A DNA stretch of 63,507 nucleotides, counting the filler, from Trichomonas gallinae (Eukaryota), in assembly GCA_008369845.1 (NCBI GenBank). It is 7 parts of 7 records of this genome, joined end to end, with 100 filler letters (N's around TTAATTAATTAA, not from the genome) between each part and the next. Parts side by side here need not be neighbours in the genome. Positions count along the whole stretch, not along the records: positions 1 to 20,688 come from MRSU01000238.1; 6 more parts are not named here. The stretch is one strand, 5' to 3'. The position numbers and the translations under genes were made by a program. The notes under the pieces are model-generated. The model was not told the DNA's origin and ran no database searches. It was given only the letters and a program-made list of their open reading frames with translations. This document shows, piece by piece, positions 1 to 9,870 of this stretch; the first letter of the stretch is position 1; the number at the start of each line of letters is the position of its first letter.

Positions 1-75
1 AGCTAATGCTCGACTATGAGGCGTTAGGAAGCAAACAAGTATAAAAATGTAAACTATTCAAACCTACCCCCTTAA
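1..75. mobile_element. Terminus of a repeated element ending CCCCC|TTAA (Kolobok-like DNA transposon end, copy 1)
   Basis: 1-75 matches 44568-44642 at all but one base, and the copies diverge 2 nt after TTAA (72-75). Read on the other strand it is TTAA|GGGGGTAGG, i.e. a TTAA target with an RR terminus, as in Kolobok rather than piggyBac. Confidence 0.6.
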
Positions 76-77
76 AT

Positions 78-82
78 TCATT
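78..82 (+). promoter_or_regulatory. Initiator (Inr) TCATT of the Myb gene
   Basis: TCATT begins 13 nt upstream of the ATG at 91 and matches the trichomonad TCA(+1)YT/A Inr. Confidence 0.7.
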
Positions 83-90
83 CTACGAAG

Positions 91-672
91 ATGTTTGCTA
101 GATCATTCGAGCAGGTTGTTCCTAAGGCTGTTCCGACCAAGAACAGGAGGTTCACACCAGAGGAAGACGCCCTCATCAAGGACTTAGTTGAGAACAAGAA
201 AGTTGCACCATGGTCCGCTGTTGCGCAATTTTTACCAGGTCGTACTGGCCCACAGTGCAGAGATAGGTATAACTCATACTTATTTGAGAACACAAGCTCA
301 AAGCGCTGGACTCCAGAGGAAGATAAAATAATCGTTGAAAAATATCGCGAATTTGGTCCTCGCTGGGTCATGATTAGCCAGTTTTTACCAGGCCGTAATG
401 GTAACAGCATCAAGAACCGCTGGCATAAGGCCCTTGTAAAGTATCACGGCATTTCTCACAAAGAAGTTAAGCAAGAGCGCCGTAACAAGAACTTAAAATA
501 CTGCTTAAAGCAGTCCAAGCCTGAAAGCCCAGTCCAACAGACAAATGATGTTGAAGCTGAAATTGATGAACTCGCGAAGGCTTTAGTCGATAATGTCTTA
601 TCTAGCTTCGAATCTGAGTCTGAGGCTTCTGATATGTTCAATGATTGCTTCGAATTCAACAATTTCATATAA
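91..672 (+). CDS. R2R3 Myb transcription factor
   Basis: Two Myb repeats (FTPEED..WSAVAQFLPGRTGPQCRDRY and WTPEED..FGPRW..LPGRNGNSIKNRW) and an acidic C-terminus. Confidence 0.93.
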   Translation: MFARSFEQVVPKAVPTKNRRFTPEEDALIKDLVENKKVAPWSAVAQFLPGRTGPQCRDRYNSYLFENTSSKRWTPEEDKIIVEKYREFGPRWVMISQFLPGRNGNSIKNRWHKALVKYHGISHKEVKQERRNKNLKYCLKQSKPESPVQQTNDVEAEIDELAKALVDNVLSSFESESEASDMFNDCFEFNNFI

Positions 673-1541
673 TTTTTGTTTGTTTTATTAAATGTTTTTT
701 ATAATATTTCGAATTTATTCATTATTGTTTAGTCAGAATGATAGATATACTTGTACTTAATCTATATTTGCTCTCTAAAAGCTTCTTATCGCTGCAAAAT
801 AGTGGTCAATTCTTCGATCGTCATCTTAATGCTTCAAATTAACCGAGAAATATATCTTATACACATATAAGAAGAGAATGTAAACTTCGTCATTTCAAGA
901 TTAACCACATGAAATTGATGTTAAATTTTTTATTGGATGATGAGGCTATAAAACCTTGCTAAACCCGAATTACATTCTATGCACAGTAAGAACTTATTGC
1001 CTGTCATTGAATTGGTGGAATATATTTTTCAATTTTTCCAATTCATTATCTCTTGTTTGCTATCCTATACAAATCAAATCTATTTATTCAATCTATTAAT
1101 ATTTTGAAATTGTAATGATATCTTATCCATGAATAAATGAAAGAGTAATTTCGATTCATTTATTCATATATAGTTGTCAATTCGTAATGCAAAGTTAAAA
1201 TAAACAGGCTCATTCAAGACGATCTAAATGATTTTTGGAGAATGATAAAGAAATCTTGAAATTTTTCAGCATCCACAATCCTAACAGTGTATTTCAACTC
1301 CTATATTAGAGTGATATATCATTGGATTATGCAGGATGATCACAAAACAACCTTATAAGTAATTTTAGTTAATATCATTAAAATAAATGAGATTATGCAG
1401 CATTTTCTGATACAAAACATCTAAGTAGGATATAATTGTGCCAATAAAAGCATATAAATATATGGTTGTAGATGAATAATATAACAAATAATATCAAGTA
1501 CTTTACAAAACAAAAAAGTAAGCAAGTATAAAATAATTATA

Positions 1542-3146
1542 TTAGCGGCGTGAAGAAAGTGGTGCCATCATCCACTTTGGAAGCATTCCAGTACGATAAG
1601 ATACTGGAGGCCTGTTTGCTGTTGCTGTAAACAAGGCAGTTCTATCTTTAGCTTGTCTGATTGCATCTGTATTAGTTTTAGTTGACTTTAGCGTTGAAGT
1701 TCTTCGAGATGTTGGAGGATCATAATCACGACCTGTTTTTCCTTCTGAAATCTTCGCACGTGATGAAGATGTTGGAGCCATTGGTGTTTTTGTAGTTGCT
1801 GGGGCTTCTTTTCTTGATGATGATAATCTGCTCGAATTTATGTCTTTTCTTGTAGAGCTTTGCCTTGTTGATGGTCTTATTGCTGCTGTTGTCGAAATTT
1901 TAACGGTTGTATTTGTCGCTGGAGCGCGATTTCGAGTTTCAGTTGTTTTTGTCGCTTGCGGTGGCCTGTAGGGCTTCTTGTTCGAATCTGCAATCTTTAC
2001 ATTCGTTGTATTCTGGTTATCTTGGGATGGAGAAGATGTATCATTTGTACTGGAGAGAAGAAGGCCTTTGGAGAGTGGAGACTCAGAGTCAATGTTATCC
2101 TGGAAGATATCTTTCGATTTCGTGTTCTTGTTTAAGCGCAAGATGTCTTTTGATGGATTTGCAACTTGTAAACTGAGATGTGTCTGCATATTCTCCTTTT
2201 TGACGTTTGAAAGTGGAATATGGTTTTCTTTTGATGTTTTGATTTGGCGTGTTTTGACCCAATCGTAGCGGTAATCGAAAGGAATTGAATCTTCAAGCAT
2301 AGCATCGTAAACCATTTTTCGGTATAACGCGTAGTTCGGTTCTTCCTCAAATTTCAATGATCTGACGGAGAGAAGGTAATTAACGAAGAAAGAGTTCAAT
2401 CCTAAACATAATTCTTCAGGCCTTGTAGATCTCTTCTTAATGAGAATTGCTTCGTATTTCTTGCGGCCTGTTGTTGGCAATGACATCCATGGGAGCCTTC
2501 CATGAAGAAGATAAACCCAAACGTATAATAACGACTCCATATCATCCCTTCTCGACTGTTCTTTTCCTTCAAGGGCATTGATAGAAGCGTATCTTGCGGT
2601 TCCCGTGAGTGATTTTCCACTGCAATTTCTGATGTGACGATTATATTGGTCAATATACTTCTTAGAGAGGCCGAAGTCGATTATATAGACTTTGTTCGAG
2701 TTATCTCCGACGCCCATTGCGAAATTATCGGGTTTGATATCGCGGTGTATAAAATTATGCTTGTGAACATATTCCACGCACGAAATCATCTGTCCTGCGA
2801 GCATCAAAATTGTTTTCTGCGAAAATTTGGGAATAGTTGTCATTAAATCTTCGAGCGATTTGCCTAATAACTCCATCGCCATATAATTTGTAGTATCTGT
2901 CTGTCCTGTCGCGTAAACAACAGGGATATTGTTACAAGGCTCCATCGAGTTGTTGTGCGCTTTAGATGCTTGGAACATAGAATACAATTTCGCCTCGAAA
3001 AACAATTGAGGGACAGAAGAGTTCCTAGGTTCGAGCTTTAGGGCTACTTTTTGGCCAGACTGGTGATTGACTGCTTCCCATACTTCTCCGAAGCTGCCAG
3101 ACCCCAGGCGCTTCTGTGTAATGTAATTCCCATATATTTTTCGCAT
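1542..3146 (-). CDS. Casein kinase 1 family Ser/Thr kinase with a Ser/Thr/Arg-rich tail
   Basis: LGSGSFG, MELLGKSLEDL, HRDIKPDN, IDFGLSK, LTGTARYASIN and EQSRRDDMES are CK1 signatures. Confidence 0.95.
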   Translation of the reverse strand: MRKIYGNYITQKRLGSGSFGEVWEAVNHQSGQKVALKLEPRNSSVPQLFFEAKLYSMFQASKAHNNSMEPCNNIPVVYATGQTDTTNYMAMELLGKSLEDLMTTIPKFSQKTILMLAGQMISCVEYVHKHNFIHRDIKPDNFAMGVGDNSNKVYIIDFGLSKKYIDQYNRHIRNCSGKSLTGTARYASINALEGKEQSRRDDMESLLYVWVYLLHGRLPWMSLPTTGRKKYEAILIKKRSTRPEELCLGLNSFFVNYLLSVRSLKFEEEPNYALYRKMVYDAMLEDSIPFDYRYDWVKTRQIKTSKENHIPLSNVKKENMQTHLSLQVANPSKDILRLNKNTKSKDIFQDNIDSESPLSKGLLLSSTNDTSSPSQDNQNTTNVKIADSNKKPYRPPQATKTTETRNRAPATNTTVKISTTAAIRPSTRQSSTRKDINSSRLSSSRKEAPATTKTPMAPTSSSRAKISEGKTGRDYDPPTSRRTSTLKSTKTNTDAIRQAKDRTALFTATANRPPVSYRTGMLPKWMMAPLSSRR

Positions 3147-3730
3147 TTTTGAAATATTTTATGTACGTTATAAATTTTTTTTGTATATTGAAAATTTTGA
3201 AAAACTTCATTGATTATTTTGAATAATTATTGAAATTTAATTTTATGGATAAAATATGCCTACTATTCATTTATTAACAAGCGAAATGTAGAACAATTCA
3301 ATTTTTATTTTATAGTTTTTATGGTGAAAATATGTTTGTATTTTGGTTATAATCACGAATAACCGAAAATTTAAGAGTTTTATTGATTATTTCAATATTG
3401 TAATCTCGTTTTATGACTGCAAGCGTCTTCTATGAATCCAATTTACTATAAACTATAGGAATTTAAGCTCATTAAGTCTCCATCTGAGACAGTTGTTATC
3501 AAAATTTACGAAGAGAGATTAAAGGGGTTAGCTAATCATTATAGGGTCCATAAAACTGAGCATCAGAATTCATTAATAAAGATTAGACACGTTAACTCAT
3601 AAAAATGATGCCTCCATAAATCAGATTTTTGACGTTGTTCAGGCCTAATCGCATAAAAATTATTTTTTGAAAAATTAATCTATGCGATATCTGCTTTTTC
3701 ATAGCAGATATCAAGCATATAGAAGTTTAT

Positions 3731-4674
3731 TTATATAGTTATTGAAACATACGATGCTAAAATCAATTTCATCAAACATGAAGTATATTGTATGCGATAA
3801 GTACAAACGACGTTATATGCACCAAGTCGTGTAATCCTCGCACATCCATGACCCTTCCATCCTGAGACTTTAGTATTGGAGTCTGGAGAAGGCATCATTT
3901 CATCACCTGCAAAAGTGACGGCTTCGGCAACAAGGGGATGTATCCATGAGCTTCCTCCCCCACCTGTTGAGCCACACCATGAGCCAGCAGCACCTCCGTA
4001 ATGGCCTGCGCCACCACCAGAAGCTATTTGTTTGATTTGTGTAACATTTCCTCCATATGTATGATTTCCGTTGAATTTAGGGTCGTCGGAATTTTCACCT
4101 GGTGAGTTTTGTTTTCCACCAGTTCCATTTGAATAATTTTTAGAGTTCCATGTTGATGCCATTCCATCTCTACCTTCAAGACCACCAGCATGGCCTCCAT
4201 TATATGATTTGCTGTGATATATTGCAGCACCACTCCCTCCCGCCGCTTTCATAATCGCATCATCAATTGAGGGGAAATTAATCGTTACATATGTCATTCC
4301 CCCACCTGATGCTCCAGCTTCATATTTTGATGGGGAATCGTATAGTAATACTCCTCTTCCTCCAAATCCAAATGTGTTCCTAGTTAGCGAGTCTGTCTTA
4401 GTTCCGATGAATCCAGATTCTCCTAAAAAGAAATATAAGTCTGTAACATTGGAAAAAGATAAAACTCCACTCACATAACCTCCATGACCACCTTCTGCTG
4501 ATGGAAAACTTCCTCCTTGTGCACCCCATAATTCAATTTTATATCTTCCTCGCTTTGCCTTATAATGGTGTGGCTCACAATTAGGTACTTCTCCATGTGG
4601 TTCTGTAACTGTACAATTGAACTTAAATAATTCAACATTCAAATCTCCTTATAACTAAAAGTGACAACTATCAT
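3731..4674 (-). CDS. Glycine-rich (ALK/LTK Gly_rich-like) putative surface protein with an apparent 1-nt frameshift near the start
   Basis: Contains IELWGAQGG, GGYVSG, AGGSG, GGGAGHYGG, GGGGSSW and GHGCARIT plus a hydrophobic C-tail. The long frame has no N-terminal ATG (the track used TTG at 4642). The ATG at 4674 (MIVVTFSYK) joins it if one base is added near 4652. Confidence 0.75.
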
Positions 4675-4675
4675 T

Positions 4676-4810
4676 GTCACCTTTATAATTCTCTCCAAAT
4701 ATTGTCACTTTTATATCTTTGAAATTTGACACTTTTACAACTTTGACCTTTGACACTTTTGTAGCTTTGAAAATGTCGTCACTTTTATTTCTTTGAATTT
4801 AGTCACTTTT
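4676..4810. repeat. Degenerate ~24-bp tandem array GWCACTTTT-N4-CTTTGA in a bidirectional promoter
   Basis: Boxes start at 4676, 4704, 4728, 4752, 4778 and 4802; four of them are followed 4 nt later by CTTTGA. Confidence 0.85.
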
Positions 4811-4837
4811 CAATTCTCTACCGGAAAAAAATTTCAA

Positions 4838-7156
4838 ATGAACAGCAAAGATGTTCTTCGCAACAGTTTCCAAAATATGGTTGCGTTAGCTGACCAGACT
4901 GCTGTTCATAGAAAGAAATTCGAGTTTACTTTAACATTAATTCGTAATTTTCTAAACTTATATGAATCAGACATAAAGTCAGAATTACCACGCGATACAG
5001 ATGAAGCTATTGATGAGATAATTGCATTCTTTTCGGAAATAAACAAAATAATGAATCAAAATCTAATTCAAACGTGGACTTATTCCACTTTAAACAATGA
5101 CCCACAGTTTGTTTTAGAGCATTTACAGACAAATATAAAGGAATTTGCTTCAAACATGAAAAAATACGGAGAAGAATTTTATCAAGCAATGAATATCGAT
5201 GATTCTACATGGAATCAATATAATATTCTGGATTTACGCGCAATTGCAGCATCATTTACTCAATATCTTATAAACTTAAAAGCAACTGATAAAATCACTA
5301 AGAAAGTCACGCATTTGCTCGATTTAATCAATGAAGTGCTTCAAAAATATCAAGAAGGACATATGATACCACTAACAATTTCTCCAATTCCTGTTCTATA
5401 TCAATCTTGGATTGTGAATTACGACGATTTCGACGAAATGGATCAAATAGGCCATGGAATATCAGCAAAAGTATACAAAGGCATCTACAAAAAGACAAAT
5501 GAAGCTGTTGCAATCAAAAAATTCCAATTTAGGAATTTAAATTCATCATTGTTTCAAGCATATCAGAGAGAAGTCGCTGTATTAGCTACAGCACAGCATC
5601 CAGCACTGCTGAGATTAATAGGAACAACAGATAAGCCTCCTTTCTGCATAATCACAGAATGGATGAGCGGTGGCTCGCTTTTCCACGCTGTCCACAGGCC
5701 AGGATATTATTCTATGACAGAGAGGACAATAGCTGCGATAGATATAGCGCGAGGAATGAGATATTTACACGAAAGAAAAATAATTCACAGAGATCTCAAA
5801 GCATTAAACGTTTTGCTCGATTCCAACAAAAGAGTCAAAATATGCGACTTCGGATTCTCAAGGTTCGCTGAGTCAACAACCAAACTAACAACAACAGTAG
5901 GTACTCCACATTGGATGGCTCCTGAAGTTTTAATCAGAGGTTCGCATTACACGTCTAAAGTGGATGTATATGCTTATGGTGTAGTGTTGTGGGAGATATT
6001 CACGGGAGAAGTTCCTTATTTCGGTTTAGATTCAGCGCAAATAATCACAAAAGTCGTTTATGAAGATTTGAGGCCTCCAATGCCTGATTCTTTGAACTCG
6101 AAGATGAAGGACTTGATTATGAGCTGCTGGGATCGAAATCCTGACGTTAGGCCGACATTTGATGAAATTGTTAGAAAATTCGTCGATGAAAAGATTCTGT
6201 TTGATGGTGCCGATCCAGAGATAGTGCAGCAGCATATTGTTGAGTCCCAGACACGCGATGAGTTCACAATTTCAGAAATCAACGATAAATTCGCGAAAAT
6301 CAACGAAACTGGTCCAAAAGAAGTTCTTGAGTCTGTTCTAAAGCTTGATAGATTGCCACATGCTTCTGTTGACGTCTGCTGGAACAATATTGAAAATTAT
6401 AAGTTTGATGATAATAATATATCTGATTTTGCTAAATTGTTGATCAGGTCTTTCCTCAAAACATCGAAAACAGCAAAAGTTTCACAAATAATAAAAGATT
6501 TCCCGAAAAATTCGATTGATGAAGAGTCAATGTCATTGGTTGTCCAAGAAGTGCCAACAGGTGACCCACATACAGACAGAAACATTGTAATTGCCGGATG
6601 CAAAAATAATTGCTCAGATCTTGCAGCGCTTTATGCTATAAATGATGAGGAAATTGCTCTTTGCTTGGAAATTTCATCGCAAACAAAGGTTGATGAGCAG
6701 CTTAAAGTTGTTATTGGTGACAAATGTGTTCAAAGCATGAGTTCGAACTCAGTATTTTTAGTTTCTGCTGCCATTAAATGTCTCATTTCCATCAGTGCAT
6801 CGCATAGGATATCATCTGCTGCTTTAACAAAGCTCATTGACAACGATATATCGACATTATCGACAGCTTTAGTAGATTTAGGAATGAAATCCGTGAAAAT
6901 CAGCGATAATGTCTTAAAATATGTCATTGATAACCTTCAAGACAAAAGATTTGGACTTGCCGCTGTTGCTTTATGCAATAATGTTGAAAATGCTGAGTTC
7001 ATCCTTAATAACATCAAAGGTAATGATGAAATGCATGCAAGAATTCTACTGAATGCATTTTCACATGAAAGTCTTAAAGAAAAAGTCAGATCTTTGTTCA
7101 AGGTCTGCGAATTCGATAGAGATATACAGATATCGCTTCAAAAAGCATTTGTTTGA
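4838..7156 (+). CDS. TKL-family protein kinase
   Basis: IGHGISAKV, AIKK, HRDLKALN, ICDFG, VGTPHWMAPE, KVDVYAYGVVLWE and CWDRNPDVRPTF. The first in-frame ATG is at 4838 (the track start is TTG). Confidence 0.93.
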   Translation: MNSKDVLRNSFQNMVALADQTAVHRKKFEFTLTLIRNFLNLYESDIKSELPRDTDEAIDEIIAFFSEINKIMNQNLIQTWTYSTLNNDPQFVLEHLQTNIKEFASNMKKYGEEFYQAMNIDDSTWNQYNILDLRAIAASFTQYLINLKATDKITKKVTHLLDLINEVLQKYQEGHMIPLTISPIPVLYQSWIVNYDDFDEMDQIGHGISAKVYKGIYKKTNEAVAIKKFQFRNLNSSLFQAYQREVAVLATAQHPALLRLIGTTDKPPFCIITEWMSGGSLFHAVHRPGYYSMTERTIAAIDIARGMRYLHERKIIHRDLKALNVLLDSNKRVKICDFGFSRFAESTTKLTTTVGTPHWMAPEVLIRGSHYTSKVDVYAYGVVLWEIFTGEVPYFGLDSAQIITKVVYEDLRPPMPDSLNSKMKDLIMSCWDRNPDVRPTFDEIVRKFVDEKILFDGADPEIVQQHIVESQTRDEFTISEINDKFAKINETGPKEVLESVLKLDRLPHASVDVCWNNIENYKFDDNNISDFAKLLIRSFLKTSKTAKVSQIIKDFPKNSIDEESMSLVVQEVPTGDPHTDRNIVIAGCKNNCSDLAALYAINDEEIALCLEISSQTKVDEQLKVVIGDKCVQSMSSNSVFLVSAAIKCLISISASHRISSAALTKLIDNDISTLSTALVDLGMKSVKISDNVLKYVIDNLQDKRFGLAAVALCNNVENAEFILNNIKGNDEMHARILLNAFSHESLKEKVRSLFKVCEFDRDIQISLQKAFV

Positions 7157-7283
7157 ATATAAATACTTGTTTTGTATTGTTATTTTCATAATTTCACATA
7201 TAATTTTGAAAAATTATATAATTTCAATAAAATGGTAGTTTAATTGATAAATGACGATTGCTCAGTAATCATCAGATGAAAAT

Positions 7284-7535
7284 TTATTCAGCTGGAGCTT
7301 CTTCAGCTTGCTGTGGCTGATCTGCTGGTGCATCTTCTGCTGGAGCTTCCTGAGGCTGTTCTTCTTGTGCTGGAGCTTCTGTTTGTTCAGGAACTGGCTG
7401 TTCTTCCTGTTGAGCTTGAATTTCTTCATCAGTTGGTAATGGATTCTCTGTGTTTTGCTTTGGATGATCGTCTTCTGGTGCTGGCATCATAGTCTCTGTC
7501 TGCTGGTTCTCAACAACGCACTCTCCCTCTGGCAT
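7284..7535 (-). CDS. Small acidic E/Q/P/A-rich disordered protein (83 aa)
   Basis: TCATTT Inr about 16 nt upstream of the ATG, coding-like composition, and a TAAA stop. Confidence 0.75.
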   Translation of the reverse strand: MPEGECVVENQQTETMMPAPEDDHPKQNTENPLPTDEEIQAQQEEQPVPEQTEAPAQEEQPQEAPAEDAPADQPQQAEEAPAE

Positions 7536-8189
7536 CCTGTGATAGAAATGAAGTGTTCCAATAATAATCGTCTTATCTCAAATCTTGTTCCTCGAGGAAC
7601 TAAATTACGATTATTTTCAATTCAATTTTATTTAAGATTTTATCCATATTATAATGCTATTACTGTATTAAACATTTTTTGTGCCAAATTTGTCACAGCA
7701 TCAAATTCAAACAAATCTTAACTGTTGGACATTTTTAGTTATATCAAATGACAGAAAAATCCAATTAAATTCATCTGCATTATTCAGGCTCATCAATTTA
7801 TGCATCGATTTTTTGGTATTTAAGAAATAACACTTCACATTCATATTGGCATAAATTCATTGAAGGATTTATATTTATCATTGAATATGGATACTATATA
7901 TAGGATAACTAAGGAAGTTTTGAGGATTTCAACGATTCCTGTTAAATTCTCAGATGTTGATTATACACACAATAAAATATGACTATATTCTTTTTGTACT
8001 TATTAATATTACTGTGTTTATCAAAATTAAGCTATTTTTTTTAAATTTTTCATTGAAATTCCAATAAATTTCATGAAGAAACTTGATTTACTATGTATAT
8101 TAAATATACTATTCAAACGACTAATATGAGATATATCAAAGGGAGCTTTGATATCTCGTCATTCATAATTATCAATTCGATTTTTCGAA

Positions 8190-8605
8190 AAAATGTGAAT
8201 GAATAAGGTGTGTTGGGATGGGAAACATGTTCATTATCAATAGTATTTATAAAATCTATTGGATTTTATTGTTGATTGATTGTCTAAAGTAGAATCAATA
8301 AATTTTCCATAACATTATTAATGAACAAGGTTTGTTAGCATGAAAAGCTTGTCTAACATCTATAATGTGTAGAAAATTGAGTGATCTTTGTTCTTGCTTG
8401 ATTTATTATGAATATTATCCATGAATTTTTCATAATAGTATTAATGAACAATGTTTGCTGCTATGTGGAATAGACATCTATAGTATATAGTTTGATTTTT
8501 GCTGATATTTGATTTTTTTTTGGTAACATTGTTAAAATCTCCATAATAGTATTAATGAATAAGGTTTGTTGCTATGTGAAAAATAATAGACATATATAGT
8601 ATAAC
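8190..8605. repeat. 3-4 degenerate ~111-123-bp tandem units
   Basis: The core CATAAYADTATTAATGAAYAAKGTTTGYT recurs with ATGAA at 8321, 8444 and 8555, with a weaker copy at 8199. Confidence 0.7.
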
Positions 8606-8774
8606 TCATATCATAAGTCTGATATATTATTAATCGCGATTCCAGATGATGAAAATAAAAAGTGGCATTTTCAAACAAATTTTCAGTGAAATTCGTGCAA
8701 AAAACATATAAAATAATATGGAAACGAGATGAAAATAAAAAATAAGATAGAAAAAAACCGTTTTACTTAAGCAG

Positions 8775-9632
8775 ATGAGTTTGGATATAACCAAGTGGCA
8801 GATTGTTTATTCATGCTTAAGCGCAGTGCTGACTTTACTCGCCTACATCATCTCGTACTTCATCAATTTTGATGAAACAAAACATCTCGCTGAGATGTTT
8901 TTTGGTTCATCAATGATATCGATTGCTATAAGATTCATGTCAAGAGATTCATATATAGGTAATTCAATTAGCTATCCATTTACGCTGTTAATTTCACTTA
9001 TTTCTTTCATGGCTCTAACATTTTATACATTTATTCACGATTCTCTCGCTTTATTGGATGATACTTTATTGGTTAAATGCGATATGGTAAATAACACCCC
9101 AATTTTAACAAGCGATGACAAAATTCCAACAGAAGTCGAAAATGTTAAATTTAATTTTTTGGATAACTTCGTTGCAATACTTTTATTCATCGTATCTACA
9201 CTAGAATGCACCTTTTTCGGTGTAATTATTGCACGCCTCTCCTACAGCGATGAAGATCATAAAATATTGCCATTTATCCTTCCAGTTAGGTTCTTGCAAT
9301 TGCTCTGCATCAGTATTTACTTGCGCGAAACACGCATGGCAACCGTCTTGTATATTTTGGCTATGATAATAAATTCAGCAACAGTTGGGATTTTCGGTTT
9401 AATTAAACTACCAAACCATTTTGACACAACAAAATCAATATTATTATTCGCTGTTTTTTCTGCAATATTATTAGGCTGCTTCTTATATTTTGGTGCAACA
9501 GCAGTACACAACTCATATATGGCAATAAATCACTCGAGATGGGGTTCTGTTCTCGTAGCTATCCTCGGATTTGCTATTCCAGTTGCATTTTCTATCCCCG
9601 CCAAAAAATCAATAAGTGAATTATTGAGCTGA
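8775..9632 (+). CDS. Multi-pass membrane protein, divergent ZIP (Zn/Fe permease)-like
   Basis: About 8 hydrophobic segments in a 3+5 arrangement; SAILLGCFLYFG resembles ZIP TM7 (AxxxGxFLYV). Confidence 0.6.
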   Translation: MSLDITKWQIVYSCLSAVLTLLAYIISYFINFDETKHLAEMFFGSSMISIAIRFMSRDSYIGNSISYPFTLLISLISFMALTFYTFIHDSLALLDDTLLVKCDMVNNTPILTSDDKIPTEVENVKFNFLDNFVAILLFIVSTLECTFFGVIIARLSYSDEDHKILPFILPVRFLQLLCISIYLRETRMATVLYILAMIINSATVGIFGLIKLPNHFDTTKSILLFAVFSAILLGCFLYFGATAVHNSYMAINHSRWGSVLVAILGFAIPVAFSIPAKKSISELLS

Positions 9633-9870
9633 TATACTTTCTGTCCATTTTAGTGTTTGTCGTTAGTCATTAAATTACTTCACTTTACAATTTTTATATT
9701 TTTTAATTTTTATTTTTTGATATTTTTACTAGTCTAAGAAAATATGTTTAAATAAGATCAATGAGAGTTGGAACAAGCCATTATATAAAGAAAATACAAA
9801 AATATATTATATTGACTCTAAAAAAACACATTTATAATGGAACAAAGATTCAATAGTAAATAAAAACACG

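Noticed and set aside
4676..4810. CRISPR-like appearance of conserved boxes with variable spacers
   Set aside because: Boxes of 6-9 bp and spacers of 4-7 bp are far too short, there are no cas genes, and the context is eukaryotic.
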